Below are positions 12,808 to 25,504 of a stretch of 64,000 nucleotides of DNA, piece after piece. Numbering within the stretch: position 1 is the first letter of the stretch; the number at the start of each line of letters is the position of its first letter. A program made the position numbers and the translations under genes. Origin of the DNA: Mobula hypostoma (Eukaryota); assembly GCF_963921235.1 (NCBI RefSeq), contig NC_086101.1, positions 434,001 to 498,000 on the forward strand, written 5' to 3'. Below the pieces are notes generated by a model. The model worked only from the letters and a program-made list of their open reading frames with translations, searched no databases and was not told the DNA's origin.

Positions 12808-15800
12808 AGAGTGAGTACAGTCATGCAGCCCAGAAACAGGACCTGTGGCCTATGGGTTAGCATCCGTCTTTCTCGAAGGACAACGGGTGATGATCCTGGG
12901 TGAAGTTATGGTCATCCTGGGATGCTCAGTCCTCAAGATTAACCAATCGGCCTCACCAGCGCAGTCCAAAGGAAAGCATATGAAGCAATATGTTTGCCAC
13001 CATCTTGGCTGCAGGAACTTCCAGAAGGATGTTCGATAACGTCCAGCCGCCTTGGGGGCTCCACTCTGGATTTGCGGTCTGATTTTACTGCCACAGCCTT
13101 CGCCTCTCCCCTGGCTGCCCACGAGGCAGCGGGGCTAATTCACCATAGCTGTGGATCTGGTTCCTGAGCTTCACAGCGTGTCCACACCCCAGTGGGCCGG
13201 CATGCTACGTGTAGAGAGACCAGTGCAGTTTGATTTTCCATCTAGTCCACGCCGAAACCATATATGCTCCTACTGTCATCAACCTGCACCGGGGCCTTCG
13301 CTTCGCATGTTCCATATTCTTCCTGACACAGAGCTTTCACCTTTCAAATGAAACTATTCTATGTCTCAATGTTTTTACAACGTGCACAATCATACTCAAA
13401 TGAACAGTAGGCGCAGCATATTGAGATATTTTTCAGTTATGGGAAGGCATGTTGCTTGGCTGTTAAATTCGGTAATCTTTTCCCTGGAAGGGAAATGTTC
13501 ACGCCTCTTCGCTTTTTGTTTGGTTTGGTGCTGCAATACCGGTCAATGTCAATGAAAAATAACTTCCAGAACGATTAGAATAGTTATGTTACTCAAAGGA
13601 CATCACCGCCTCCATAGAGATATGGGCGTCATTTGTGATTGATGTAAGGAGTCGGTTTCATCAAACTATTGAAACAAATGTACAGTTTAAATACCTGAAT
13701 TTTCCAGCATAAAAATGCAGCGTTTAACACGGAACACTCGGATTTCTCCCACTGACATATCAGCCCATTTCCCTTATCATCATTGACATTTTCTGCTATT
13801 TCCTGTAGTTATATTATTTTCATCCACTGCTCACTGTATATTTTCTTTCTTTCTTTTTGCAAATTTTGCAAGGCTCGGAAACTATAAGCATTTTTATTAA
13901 GGCTGAAGGTAAGTAACGGCTAAAACGTATGTGTATGCATAGTTGATGCTAGTTTCCATATCTTCCTTACTGGATTTCTGACACTTGTTATTTAAGGCAA
14001 ATGCATTCATAATCGCCAAAACAAAGCAGCATGAAATGACAACTTTACTCGTCCTGTCCCTGTGTCAGTATGTGAATTCGCATGTCTTCCTTATAATGTA
14101 AAATGTCCGATCAGTTTCTGTAATTTCCAATCCGACGTTATTTTATTCCAAAATCAGTTCGCGCCAAACTTTTTGTTCGGGACGTCCAACGCCTTCATTC
14201 CGTTCATGAAACATTTTACGACCAGCCCTTGCTGCCCAATGAAGAACAGGATAAGTGGGATGTAGCGTTCTATGTCGGTGCCTGAATCTTGACGAAAATA
14301 TGAGACAGTTGACCTTTCCATTGCGTGTCAGCAAATGAGAACAAGTGTTTTGTATCTGTCTAAATATATTTTAACTCTGCTGGAAATGGGTAAGGCTATC
14401 AATGACCTATGCTGGATTAGGGACGGGAGACCATCAATGGCCTACGCTGGTTTAGTGGCATTTATAAAACAAGAAATTCGAAGTCTGTTTCCAATCCACT
14501 GTGTAACTCACCGTCAACATTTTCCTTATATTAAGATGTGGTGCACTTTGAGGTGCTGTAGAGAATATTGAGGGGCCTTGGCAAGTACTTATGTGCTTTA
14601 GGGGGGCATTAGGCAGAAAAGGCTTGGAAAAACTATTTCAAATTAAATGTGCTGGTCGATTAGGTTTATATCTCTGAATTCACTGTCTGTTCCCGTGCTT
14701 GTGTAAATAACCTTTAAATGAAATATTACATCTCTTCCCATCACCTCCCTCAAGCACTTTATTCATCCTGACTGTTCGGCGTGCGAAAGACCCAATATCC
14801 TCTCTACTGTAATGAGTTTTCGGGACTCAGTTGCTGAAATAAAGATACTATGGACAGAGCCAAGTATATGTACTACCTTCTCTCTTGTTCTGTTCTTCAA
14901 TGTGCCGTCTTACCTGTCCTCTTCACATGCCTGTCACCTCCGCCTGGTACACTCCCTTCTCTCTCTTCCTCCTCGTCTCTCATGGTCCACTTTCCTCTCG
15001 TATCAGATGCCTTTATGTCCAGCCCTTTACCTTTCCCACCCATTTGACATCGCCCATCACGTTCGATCCTCCCCTTCAAACTTTTTTCTTCTCTTTCCAC
15101 TCGCTCCACCTATTTTATTTGGGCTTATTCCCCCTTCCTTTCTCGTCCTGAAGAAGCGTCTTGGTCTGAACCTGTTTACTTACGTCCATAGATTCTGTCT
15201 GACCTGAGTTGCAAGGTGTAATGTCCCTATCGCCACACACTGAGGGTGAAATCTCATTTGCTCTCCACTCGGATATTGACGTTAGCGATAACTACTTTAG
15301 GTTGCTGTTTACTGATTATAGCTCAGAATTAAACGCAATCATATCCTCCATTCCAATCAGCAGCCTCGAAATCCTGAGCCGTTTACCTCCCTCAACAACG
15401 GATCCTTGACTTCCTCACTGGGAGAGCAGAGTCAGTGCGGATCGAAACGAAAAACATCTCCACCTCACATTCAGCACTGAACCAGCTCAAGGATGTGTGT
15501 TTAGCCTACGGCTCTGTTTTTTCTATACTGACAACTGTGAGAGGGATGGAGGTATTGGTAGAGTGGAGGGTGGTCATAGGCTGAAGGGTGACACCGATAT
15601 GTTAGTGAAACGGGCAGAGATCAGGCAGATAAAGTTTATCCCTGATAAACATAAGTTTTACCCCGATAAGCTATACCCCGATAAGTTTTATCCCTGACAA
15701 GCATAAGCTGCTGTAGTTTCTATCATGGAGAAGGTAGAAATGTCGTGTAGGTTCCCGGGGTTTATTCAGGAATAGGAGGTTTTAGGGTTTAACTCAAAAG

Positions 15801-18800
15801 ATGCTTTATGGTAGCAAACAAAGAGAGTTTACGTGTTTAAGAAGGTATACCATGTGGGAGATATACCTTTTCCAATGTAAGAATCTAGGCAAGTAAGTCA
15901 GCTGAACTCAGAGCATGGATTTGTCCATAGGTCTGAGATATTCATAGCAGAAACATGTTTGAGAAAGGGGCTAACTGTCATCTCAGTGTTCCAGGGCATA
16001 GAATTCACAGACAGCATACAGGTGGAGGTAAGAGAGAAGGAGGAGTTGAGTTTATGTTTAGGGAGAGCATCATGGAGGTACATAAGAGAAGGATCGTCCA
16101 GTGAGACTATGTAGGTGGAACGAAGGTAAACGATGGGAATGGTCAGTTTGATGGAACTGAATTATAGTGGGAATTCGAGGAACAGCTTCTCAGGGGCACT
16201 CCATGTAGATTTCAAATGATAATTTTCTGTTTGTAGGTGATTTTACTCCTCTCATAGAGTTCCTATAGTCCAAAGGGTTTGGAAGGGAGAGAATTTGTTA
16301 AAAGTGCCGCTGCAAGTCATCTCCAGCAGTCTGCAGATGAACCTATTAAAGGGAAAACATCTCGGGACCCCGGGTAGGGAAATGTGGTTGGGGAGGTGAC
16401 TTAAATATGGTTATGGAAACAATTTGGGATCATTGACAATGACTGTTAGTTCAAAATACTTGTCTACAAAGTAAAATTATAAATCTGGGCGGGGCAGCCA
16501 TTGAGAGCATTACAAAGGAAATTGGAAAGCATGACTGGGGGTGACTGTTCGCACATAACGGCGTGTCTGAGAAAAAAATAAGAATGGAGAAATCGGAGGC
16601 CTGTATATCACGTTACAGTGAAGGAAGGCTGGGTGTATTAGAGAATCCTGGACGATGAGGGATACTGAGGCTCTGGTCCGGAAAAGGAGATGACGTGTTA
16701 GATGTAAGCAGCTGGGAGCCCAAGTGAATCCCATGGAAAACATGCGATATATAGGCGTACACACTTGGGAATTGAGCAAATTTGAAAAGGGACACGTGAT
16801 CGCATTAGCATAAGAGACACAGGAGGTTGCCAAAACACTGTGCGCATATTAAGGGTAAAAAAGTAAATTGGGAAAGAATCGATCCCGATGGCAATATTCA
16901 GGCGTATTAAGACCATAAGACCATAAGACAAAGGAGCAGAAGTAGGCCATTCGGCCCATTGAGTCTGCTCCGCCATCTTAACATAAGCTGATCCATTCTC
17001 CTATTTAGTCCTACTCCCCTGCCTTCTCACCATAACCTTTGATGCCCTGGCTACTAAGATACCTATCAATCTCTGCCTTAAATACACCCAATGACTTGGC
17101 CTCCACTGCTTCCCGTGGCAACAAATTCCATAGATTCACCACCCTCTGACTAAAAAAATTTCTTCGAATTTCTGTTCTGAATGGGCGCCCTTTAATCCTT
17201 AAGACATGCCCTCTCGTACTAGACTCCCTCATCGTGGGAAACAACTTTGCCACATCCACTCTGTCCATGCCTTTTAACATTCGAAATGTTTCTATGAGGT
17301 CTCCCCTCTTTCTTCTAAACTCCAAGGAATACAGTCTAAGAGCGGACAAACGTTCCTCATATGTTAACCCTCTCATTCCCGGAATCATTCCAGTGAATCT
17401 CCTCTGTACCCTCTCCAACGTCAGCACATCCTTTCTTAAATAAGGAGACCAAAACTGCCAACAGTACTCCAAGTGAGGTCTCACCAGCGCCTTATAGAGC
17501 CTCAACATCACATCCCTACTCCTATACTCTATTCCTCTAGAAATGAATGCCAACATTGCATTCGCCTTCTTCACTACTGACTCAACATGGAGGTTAACTT
17601 TAAGGGTATCCTGTACGAGGACTCCCAAGTCCCGTTGCATCTCAGAACTTTGAATTCTTTCCCCATTTAAATAATAGTCTGCCCATTTATTTTTTCCGCC
17701 AAAGTGCATAACCATACACTTTCCAACATTGTACTTCATTTGCCACTTCTCTGCCCATTCTTCCAATCTATCCAAGTCTCTCTGCAGACTCTCCGTTTCC
17801 TCAGCACTACCGGCCCCTCCACCTATCTTCGTATCGTCAGCAAACTTAGCCACAAAGCCATCTATTCCATAATCCAAATCGTTGATGTACAATGTAAAAA
17901 GAAGCGGCCCCAATACGGACCCCTGTGGAACACCACTGGTAACCAGCAGCCAACCAGAATAGGATCCCTTTATTCCCACTCTCTGTTTCCTGCCAATCAG
18001 CCGACGCTCTATCCACGTATGTAACTTTCCCGTAATTTCATGGGCTCTTATCTTGTTAAGCATCCTCATGTGTGACACCTTGTTTAGGTAGATAAAACTC
18101 CAGGGTATAATCAGGGGTATCCTGTGACATAATGGAAAGCTCGGAAAGAAATTTCAGAGGCCCTGGCATTGTATCTGCATCATCTTTTACTCTGGAAGAG
18201 GTGTCCAATACGGATATTTTATTCGAGAAGTGCTGCAGGAACAAACCAGGGAACTACAGGACAGTAAGCCAAACATCAGTGGTGGGAAAGAGAGTGAAGG
18301 ATATTCTGAGCGACAGGACCTAACTGTATTTGGATATAGATGCCCATTCTGATATTCAAGAGGGCCTATTCTGTCCCTTGCCACTTTTTTTTACCTTAAT
18401 ATAAACATATAAACCTATGGGATTCCCTTTCATCATGTTCACTGCAGCAAACTCTTTTCGTCCTCCAATACTCGCTGTTGTACTTCTACGTATTGGAACT
18501 GCATATATCTAATACGCACATCTTCATTTTTCTGTACCGGGGCCCGAATATCCCTCCATAATCAACCTTGTATGCATTTTCTTCTATTTAAACGGGAATG
18601 TACAGATCCTTCGTACGTAGTATTTCACGTTTGAAGGCCTCCCACTTAACAACCATCTCTTTTAGGAGTAACACCTCATATAGCGTCTAGGTAGTCTCCC
18701 GCCCTTTGGTATGAACATAGAATTCTCCAGCTTCCGGTAATTCCCTCCCCTCCCTTCCCCTATCCCTATGTCACTCTTCCCCCTCCCCCAGCTGCCTATC

Positions 18801-20265
18801 ACCTCCCTCATGGTTCCGCCTGCTTCTACTACCCATTGCGGTTTCCGGTATTCTTTCTTCACCTTTCCTGCCTATCACCTCCCTGCTTCCCCTCCCCCAC
18901 TCTTTTATCTTTTCCCTTACTAGCTTTTCACCTGGAACCCACCAGCCTTCTCCTTCCCACCCTCCCCCCCCCCAACCTTCATTATAGGGCCTCTGCCCCT
19001 TCCCTCTACAGTCCTGACGAAGGGTTCCGGCCCGAAACGTCGACCGATCTTTTCCACGGATGCTGCCCGACCTGTTGAGTTGTTCCAGCGTGTTGTGAGT
19101 ATCTCTTTGACAGGAACAACCTGTCCCAATCCACGCACATCAGGTAACTCCGGAATCCTGCAAAGTTCATATTACGTCATTACATTTGCATGGAGTTATG
19201 ATCACCTAATACCGCGTGTTCCCATAAATACGTCACCTGCCTTGTATTATCCGTTAAGAGCGACCAGGTATCGCACGTTGTCTGGATGGGGCCTCGAGGT
19301 GTTTGTTCTGGAAACGTTCTTGAATACTGTTGACAACTCTCTCTCTCATCAAATCGTTTTACATTATAGGATTTTCAGACAGTAATTGGAAAGTCAAAAG
19401 AAGTCTATTATTTTTATTAGACCTGCCTGCTGTCTCTCTACAAAAGTGATCCCAAATACATGCATTTCATTGATTTACTCAGAGTGGAAGGTAACCCAGG
19501 AAGGCCTCCCAGCGTGGTGATGGAAGCAAACAGGATAGTGGCTTTTATGAGGCATTAGCCAGGTATGTAAATATAAGGTTTTTTTTAATGTCACTGCGTA
19601 GTCTAATTAAAATGGCTTCTTTGTTATGTTATAATTGAAAGGCTTGTTTGTTATATTAACTGCTGAGAAAGTCCTCCCGCTGGCAGTTCGTATGAATCAC
19701 ATTACTGATAAGAAGATGTTATGAACCACTTGGGATAGTTGTTATGTTTTTGGTGTGTCTGTAAGATATTGTGTGCGCAGGGTTTTGAGGGAGAAGACGG
19801 GAGAGAGAGAGACAGAGGATGGACAAGGTGCTGTGATTCCGCTAACGGGGTCGGACCCCGAGTGGGGCGTTCGGCGAGGAGACGGAGACGGACTCGTGTG
19901 GAGGGTCTGGTCGACCACCGTTGTTGGTCCCAGGCGGCCGGTCGAGGTGGTCCGAGCGGTCACAGGGTGAAGAAGAAGGTTCTTGAGCTCCAACTGTTTT
20001 GTGCACGAAGAGATTAAACTTTGAAAAGTGTGGCGTCTTTTATTTTCCCTTTATATTTTATTCTCTATTAATTATATGGTTCCAGTAATATCTATAAACT
20101 GTAAATCATTTAATCGTTTCTGGTGTATTTTCTGTTATTTGGGCAGGGTGGGGTACAACACACAGCATCCACACAAACTATTACCTAGTTCGGCGGGGCC
20201 GAGGGTTGTTTCCCTAGACGACAGCGAGCCGAGCGACCCTGAGGCTGGCCAGTGGGGGCTACATT

Positions 20266-20958
20266 GTGGGCTTTTGTCCGGGATTGGGTCTGCTAGTATG
20301 CTGTGTGGGTGCCCTGCTTAAATCTGCAATGTGTGTCTCTGTGGTTTATTTGCTGGTTATTGCTGCATGCGTGGTGGGTGCGGTTCTTGTTCGAGTTCAG
20401 GCTGGTATTGACGAGTTGGAGGTGGCACTCGGGGCTGTTTATGCTGTTGGGAGAGAGAGGAAACATTGGTCTGATTTGGAGGTAGGGTTTGCGAATAAAT
20501 GTTCTAGCTCTGGCTGGCTCCGCCTGGCGTTTCGGATAGTGTCCACCCCAAGAGGGGTGGAGGCGTGCGAGACGTGGGCGGAGTGGATCTCTCAGTTGTT
20601 AGATGAGTGGCAGTGCTCAGTTGAGGGACAGCGACAGGGATTGGTTGAAAGTTTGAGTAGGCGGGCTGGTGACGGTGTTGGAGTTGTCAGGTTCACTTAC
20701 ACCGTAGTGACAGCTGTCCGTTATTTGAAAGGCGGGGTGGAGTTTTCAGTATGTCTTCTCTGGCTAGGAGGGCGGCTAAATTGCTTGCAGTGCCAGGGGG
20801 ATCATTTCAGGGGATCAGTTGTTCAGCTGATCAGAGAGGCGTCGGGAAACTTAGTGGAGGCCCAATGGGGGAACGGCTTCGGGTCTCCGGGGAAGCACGT
20901 TCCCAGCAATGTCCTGATGAACTTCCGAAAGGAAAACACCCTATTGCTGAAGGCTTAG
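20266..20958 (+). pseudogene. Internally deleted PNMA-like Gypsy gag (copy 6259-6951)
   Basis: ETWAEWISQLLDEWQCSVEGQRQGLVESL resembles PNMA/Ma-type gag capsid and the gag at 35464-39530. Confidence 0.75.
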
Positions 20959-21700
20959 GGGGACCACGCCCCAGGGTGTCGTTACGGATAGAGGGAAACG
21001 ATGTTAAAGCCATCCTCGACCCCGGGGCGCAGGTCAAGTTGTTGTACAGTTCGTTTTACAACCGGTGCCTGAAGCATTTACCCTTGACAACCGCAAGGTC
21101 ACCGGAGATTTTGGGTACCAGTGCCAGTAGTTTTCCAGAAAACGATGATTGGTTAATGACCCTGGAGTTCATGGGGGCATTGTCTGGGCACCCAGCGTGT
21201 CGAGTTGCTTCTGAGGACGTGTGTAGCAGCCTTGAGCCGGTACCGAATTTAAACGAGACCCAGCGGTGGTACGATCTGGGGAAAGTAGCTGAGGGTGAGA
21301 CCCTCTTAGTAGACATTCCGAACTACCACGAGGGAGGGGAGTTGACCGCTGAAAACACCTCAGTGAGAGAGAGGTCGCGTCAACTGGACCCTGGCGCTGT
21401 GGAAGATGAAGGGAGCATGTGTGTGGATTATGCGACGTGGTTTAATGTGCTGGATCTGAGGAGTGGATGTTGCCAGATCCTGAGGAGTGCGGCTGTTGAG
21501 CCGAAGACGGCCGTTGTTAGTTCGCTAGGATTATTCCGAATCGGAAAAGATGCTCAAGGGCATATCCGGAGCCCCTGCATCCTTCCCGCGGGGCATGAAG
21601 AAGACCATGGGGGAAGTGAAGGTGTGTGGAGTTTTGGCGTATGTGGATGACCGCCAAGAGCTTGGATTTGCCTGGGGGGACAATGAGGCGAGGCGAGTGG
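20751..21700 (+). pseudogene. Gypsy protease and fragmented RT (copy 6744-7693)
   Basis: GLGGPRPRVSLRIEG...ILDPGAQV (aspartyl protease), MCVDY, WFNVLDLRSG, GISGAPASFPR, LAYVDD. Confidence 0.85.
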
Positions 21701-21719
21701 CTGAGCCCGGGCGACAGAA

Positions 21720-22573
21720 GCGAAGTGTCACATGTGGAGGAGTTTTTGGCCGGAGGAGTTTGGTGCTATGTGAGAAAAATGACCCGACATACCAGTTGAA
21801 CTTCCCGGTGTTGGGACAGACGGTGGTGGACCGGGGGATGGAAACCCAGGTCGTCAATCTGAATGAGGACACAGGGAAGAAAGGGGATTTGCACCGCTGA
21901 ACTGAGTGCTCAGAAATGCCGGCCGGAGACTGAGTGCCGCACTTGTGGGACGACTATTGCAGACTTGGAATTCACGCTCGTCAACGTGGAGAAGGAACAA
22001 CAGAAATCCGAGCCGACATTGCGGTGATGTACTGACGAATTAATCCAGCGAGAAGAAACAATGACCCACCTTCGAAAGGATCAGCAGACACTCAAGACGT
22101 TGATTCAGAAAAGATTGGAAGACTTACAAGTTGGAGAAGATCAAGGAAGTGTTCTGATTAAAGCTAACAGAAAACCGAGAGCCCGGGCAGGGGAGTTTGA
22201 CTGCACTCCCGAGGAGGTGAAGAAATGGAGGACAGATCTCGGAAAAGGGAGGCGGACGCTTGAAAGGAACCTGAAGATGACTATTGACAGCTTAAATGAA
22301 GTGGAAGAACTGAAAGTTGACCTGGAAGACGTCATCAGGAAGAAAACAACTGGAGGCTGAGCTGCTGCTTTTCAGGTCAGGGTGGGAGAAGCTGGTGGGG
22401 TAACTGCGTCCCAGACTGAGATGGCCAGGAACCGTGAATCAGAACTGCTGAGGCTGTGGCGAGAGTTGAAGGAGTCCCCGAAGAAGCTGACGTCTCGACT
22501 GCAGGAGGCTGAAGGGGTAGCCCCGGCTAAATGTTTCAGTTTGGAGAAAGTTAAACAGCAGCTACCGATCGAG
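21720..22573 (+). pseudogene. Captured myosin heavy-chain (class II rod S2/LMM, MYH16-like) fragments, copy 2
   Basis: Translates as ...LCEKND...AELSAQKCRPETEC...IADLEFTLVNVEKE...LEDLQVGED...RRTLERNLKMTIDSLNEVEELKVDLEDVIRKK...[23 protein letters not shown]...[11 protein letters not shown]...[12 protein letters not shown]. This is colinear with the myosin II rod motifs EKNDL, AELTAKKRKLEDEC, DDLELTLAKVEKE, LDDLQAEED, EEAGGATSAQIE, KLAQRLQEAEE and KCSSLEKTK. Confidence 0.85.
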
Positions 22574-23105
22574 GGAATGAGGAAGGATACGGATTCGAAG
22601 GATGATGTGCTGCATATGTGGTACATGCTGTCTTTCGCTAACTTCCCCGTGATTGAGGAAGAGAACTTTGGCCCTTCTCCCACTGAGTCAGGTGTAGTGG
22701 GGAGGGCTAGCTGGGGACAGTCTGAGTTACGGCAGGATCAGGAAGGAAAAGGAGCGGGGCCCCGGACACGGGACAGGGGGCTCCGAGTTGTAATGGTGAC
22801 CTGAGTGAGAGAGGAGTTGGCAAGCAGGCAGGAGGTATCCCTAGTAGTGTCTGAACCTTTAGGGTTTAGGTGAGGGGGTACGGAGGTCTCGCAGGATTAG
22901 GAAGCCCTCAAATAGTTTGGCCTATGTAGCGCCCGTGTACGGGCGGAAGGTCCACTGTTTGGGGAGCAATGTCACTGTGTGGATGGGTTTCAGCGTCTGT
23001 AGGACTGGTTGGCGAGTTATTTAGAAGTCATGAGGACATGACTTTATTTGGTGGGGGGGAGAGTGTAAAGGGTTTCTTTTTTTTTATCTCACTGCGTAGT
23101 CTAAT

Positions 23106-25504
23106 AGAGAGAATTTGTAGAATGTCTGCGAGATGGGTTTTTAGAACAGCTTGTTGTTGAGCCCACTAGGGGATCGGCTGTACTGGATTGGGTATTGTGT
23201 AATGAACCGGAGGTGATTGGAGAGATTGAGGTGAGAGAACCCTTAGGAGGCAGTGATCATAACATGATTGAGTTCACTGTGAAATTAGAAAAAGAGAAGC
23301 CGAAATCTGATGTGTCGGTGTTTCAGTGGAGTAAAGGAAACTACAGTGGCATGAGAGACGAACTGGCCACAGTTGACTGGAAAGAGACACTGGCGAGAAA
23401 GACGGCAGAGCAGCAGTGGCTGGAGTTTATGCGAGAAATGAGGAATGTGCAAGACAGGTATATTCCAAAAAAGAAGAAATTTTCGAGTAGAAAAAGGATA
23501 CAACCGTGGTTGACAAGAGAAGTCAAAGCCAAAGTTAAAGCAAAGGAGAGGAAGCAAAAATTAGTGGGAAGACAGAGAATTGTGAAGTCTTTAAAACCTT
23601 ACAAAAGGAAACCAAGAAGGTCATTAAGAGAGAAAAGATTAACTATGAAAGGAAACTAGAAAATAATATCAAAGAGGATACTAAAAGCTTTTTTACGTAT
23701 ATAAAGAGTAAAAGACAGGTGAGAGTAGATATAGGACCGATACAAAATGATACTAGAGAAATTGTAATGGGAGATGAGGAGATGGCAGAGGAGGTGAACA
23801 AGTATTTTGCATCAGTCTTCACTGAGGAAGACAGCAGGATACCGGACACTCAAGGGTGGCAGGGAAGAGAAGTGTGCGCAGTCACAATTACGACAGAGAA
23901 AGTACTCAGGAAGCTGAATAGGTCGATAAATCTCCTGGACCAGATGGAATGCACCTTCGTGTTCTGAAGGAAGTAGCTGTGGAGATTGCGGAGGCATTAG
24001 CAATGATCTTTCAAAATTCGATATATTCTGGCATGGTTCCGGAAGACTGGAAGATTGCAAATGTCACTCCGTTATTTAAGAAGGGGGCAAGGAAGCAAAA
24101 AGGAAATTATAGACCTGTTAGCTTGGGAAGATGTTGGAGTCGATTGTCAAGGATGAGGTTACAGAGTACCTGGAGGCATATGACAAGATAGGCAGAACTC
24201 AGCATGGATTCCTTAAAGGAAAATCCTGCCTGACAAACCTATTACAATTTTTTGAGGAAATTACCAGTAGGCTAGACAAGGGAGATGCAGTGGATGTTGT
24301 ATATTTGGATTTTCAGAAGACCTTTGACAAGGTGCCACACATGAGGCTGTTTAACAAGATAAGAGCCCATGGAATTACAGGAAAGTTACATACGTGGATA
24401 GAGCGTTAGCTGATTGGCAGGAAACAGAGAGTGGGAATAAAGGGATCCTATTCTGGTTGGCTGCCAGTAACCAGTGGTGTTCCACAGGGATCAGTGTTGG
24501 GGCCGCTTCTGTTTACATTGTACATCAACGATTTGGATTATGGAATAGATGGCTTTGTGGCTAAGTTTGCTGACGATACGAAGATAGGTGGAGGGGGCGG
24601 TAGTGCTGAGGAAACGGAGAGTCTGCAGAGAGACTTGGATAGATTGGAAGAATGGGCAAGGAAGTGGCAAATGAATTACAATGTTGGAAAGTGTATGGTT
24701 ATGCACATTGGCAGAAATAATAAACGGGCAGACTATTATTTAAATGGGGAAAGAATTCAAAGTTCTGAGATGCAAAGGGACTTGGGAGTCCTCGTACAGG
24801 ATTCCCTTAAAGTTAATCTCCAGGTTGAGTCGGTAGTGAAGAAGGCGAATGCAATGTTGGCATTCATTTCTAGAGGAATAGAGTATAGGAGCAGGGATGT
24901 GATGTTGAGGCTCTATTAGGCGCTGGTGAGACCTCACTTGGAGTACTGTTGGCAGTTTTGGTCTCCTTATTTAAGAAAGGATGTGCTGACGTTGGAGAGG
25001 GTACAGAGAAGATTCACTCGAATGATTCCGGAAATGAGAGGGTTAACATATGAGGAACGTTTGTCCACTCTTGGACTGTATTCCTTGGAGTTTAGAAGAA
25101 TGAGGGGAGACCTCATAGAAACATTTCGAGTGTTAAAAGGCATGGACAGAGTGGATGTGGCAAAGTTGTTTCCCATGATGGGGGAGTCTAGTACGAGAGG
25201 GCATGACTTCAGTATTGAAGGGCGCCCTTTCAGAACAGAAATGCGAAAAAAAATTTTTAGTCAGAGGGTGGTGAATCTATGGAATTTGTTGCCACGGGCA
25301 GCAGTGGAGGCCAAGTCATTGGGTGTATTTAAGGCAGAGATTGATAGGTATCTGAGTAGCCAGGGCATCAAAGGTTATGGTGAGAAGGCAGGGCAGTGGG
25401 ACTAAATAGGATAAAATGGATCAGCTCATGATAAAATGGCGGAGCAGACTCGATGGGCCGAATGGCCTACTTCTGCTCCTTTGTCTTATGGCCTTATGGT
25501 CTTA
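23106..25504 (+). mobile_element. 5'-truncated CR1 LINE inserted in the Gypsy 3' LTR
   Basis: APE C-terminus (SDHN), RT fragments with frameshifts, TCTTATGG tail, probable TSD TAAT (23102-23105, 25505-25508). Confidence 0.95.

Larger units (their letters stand above)
14007..22940 (+). repeat. Segmental (tandem) duplication, copy 2
   Basis: TCATAATCGCC at 14007 matches position 1; identity ends after GCCCGTGTAC (8933/22940). Confidence 0.97.

Noticed and set aside
12810..13240. GC-richer block that may be an RTE-type LINE 5' UTR remnant
   Set aside because: No coding motif to anchor the call; cannot classify without a repeat-library search.
21720..22573. Alternative reading of the coiled-coil insert as an env or LINE ORF1 remnant
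   Set aside because: No signal peptide, furin site or TM segment; several ordered myosin-rod motifs explain it better.
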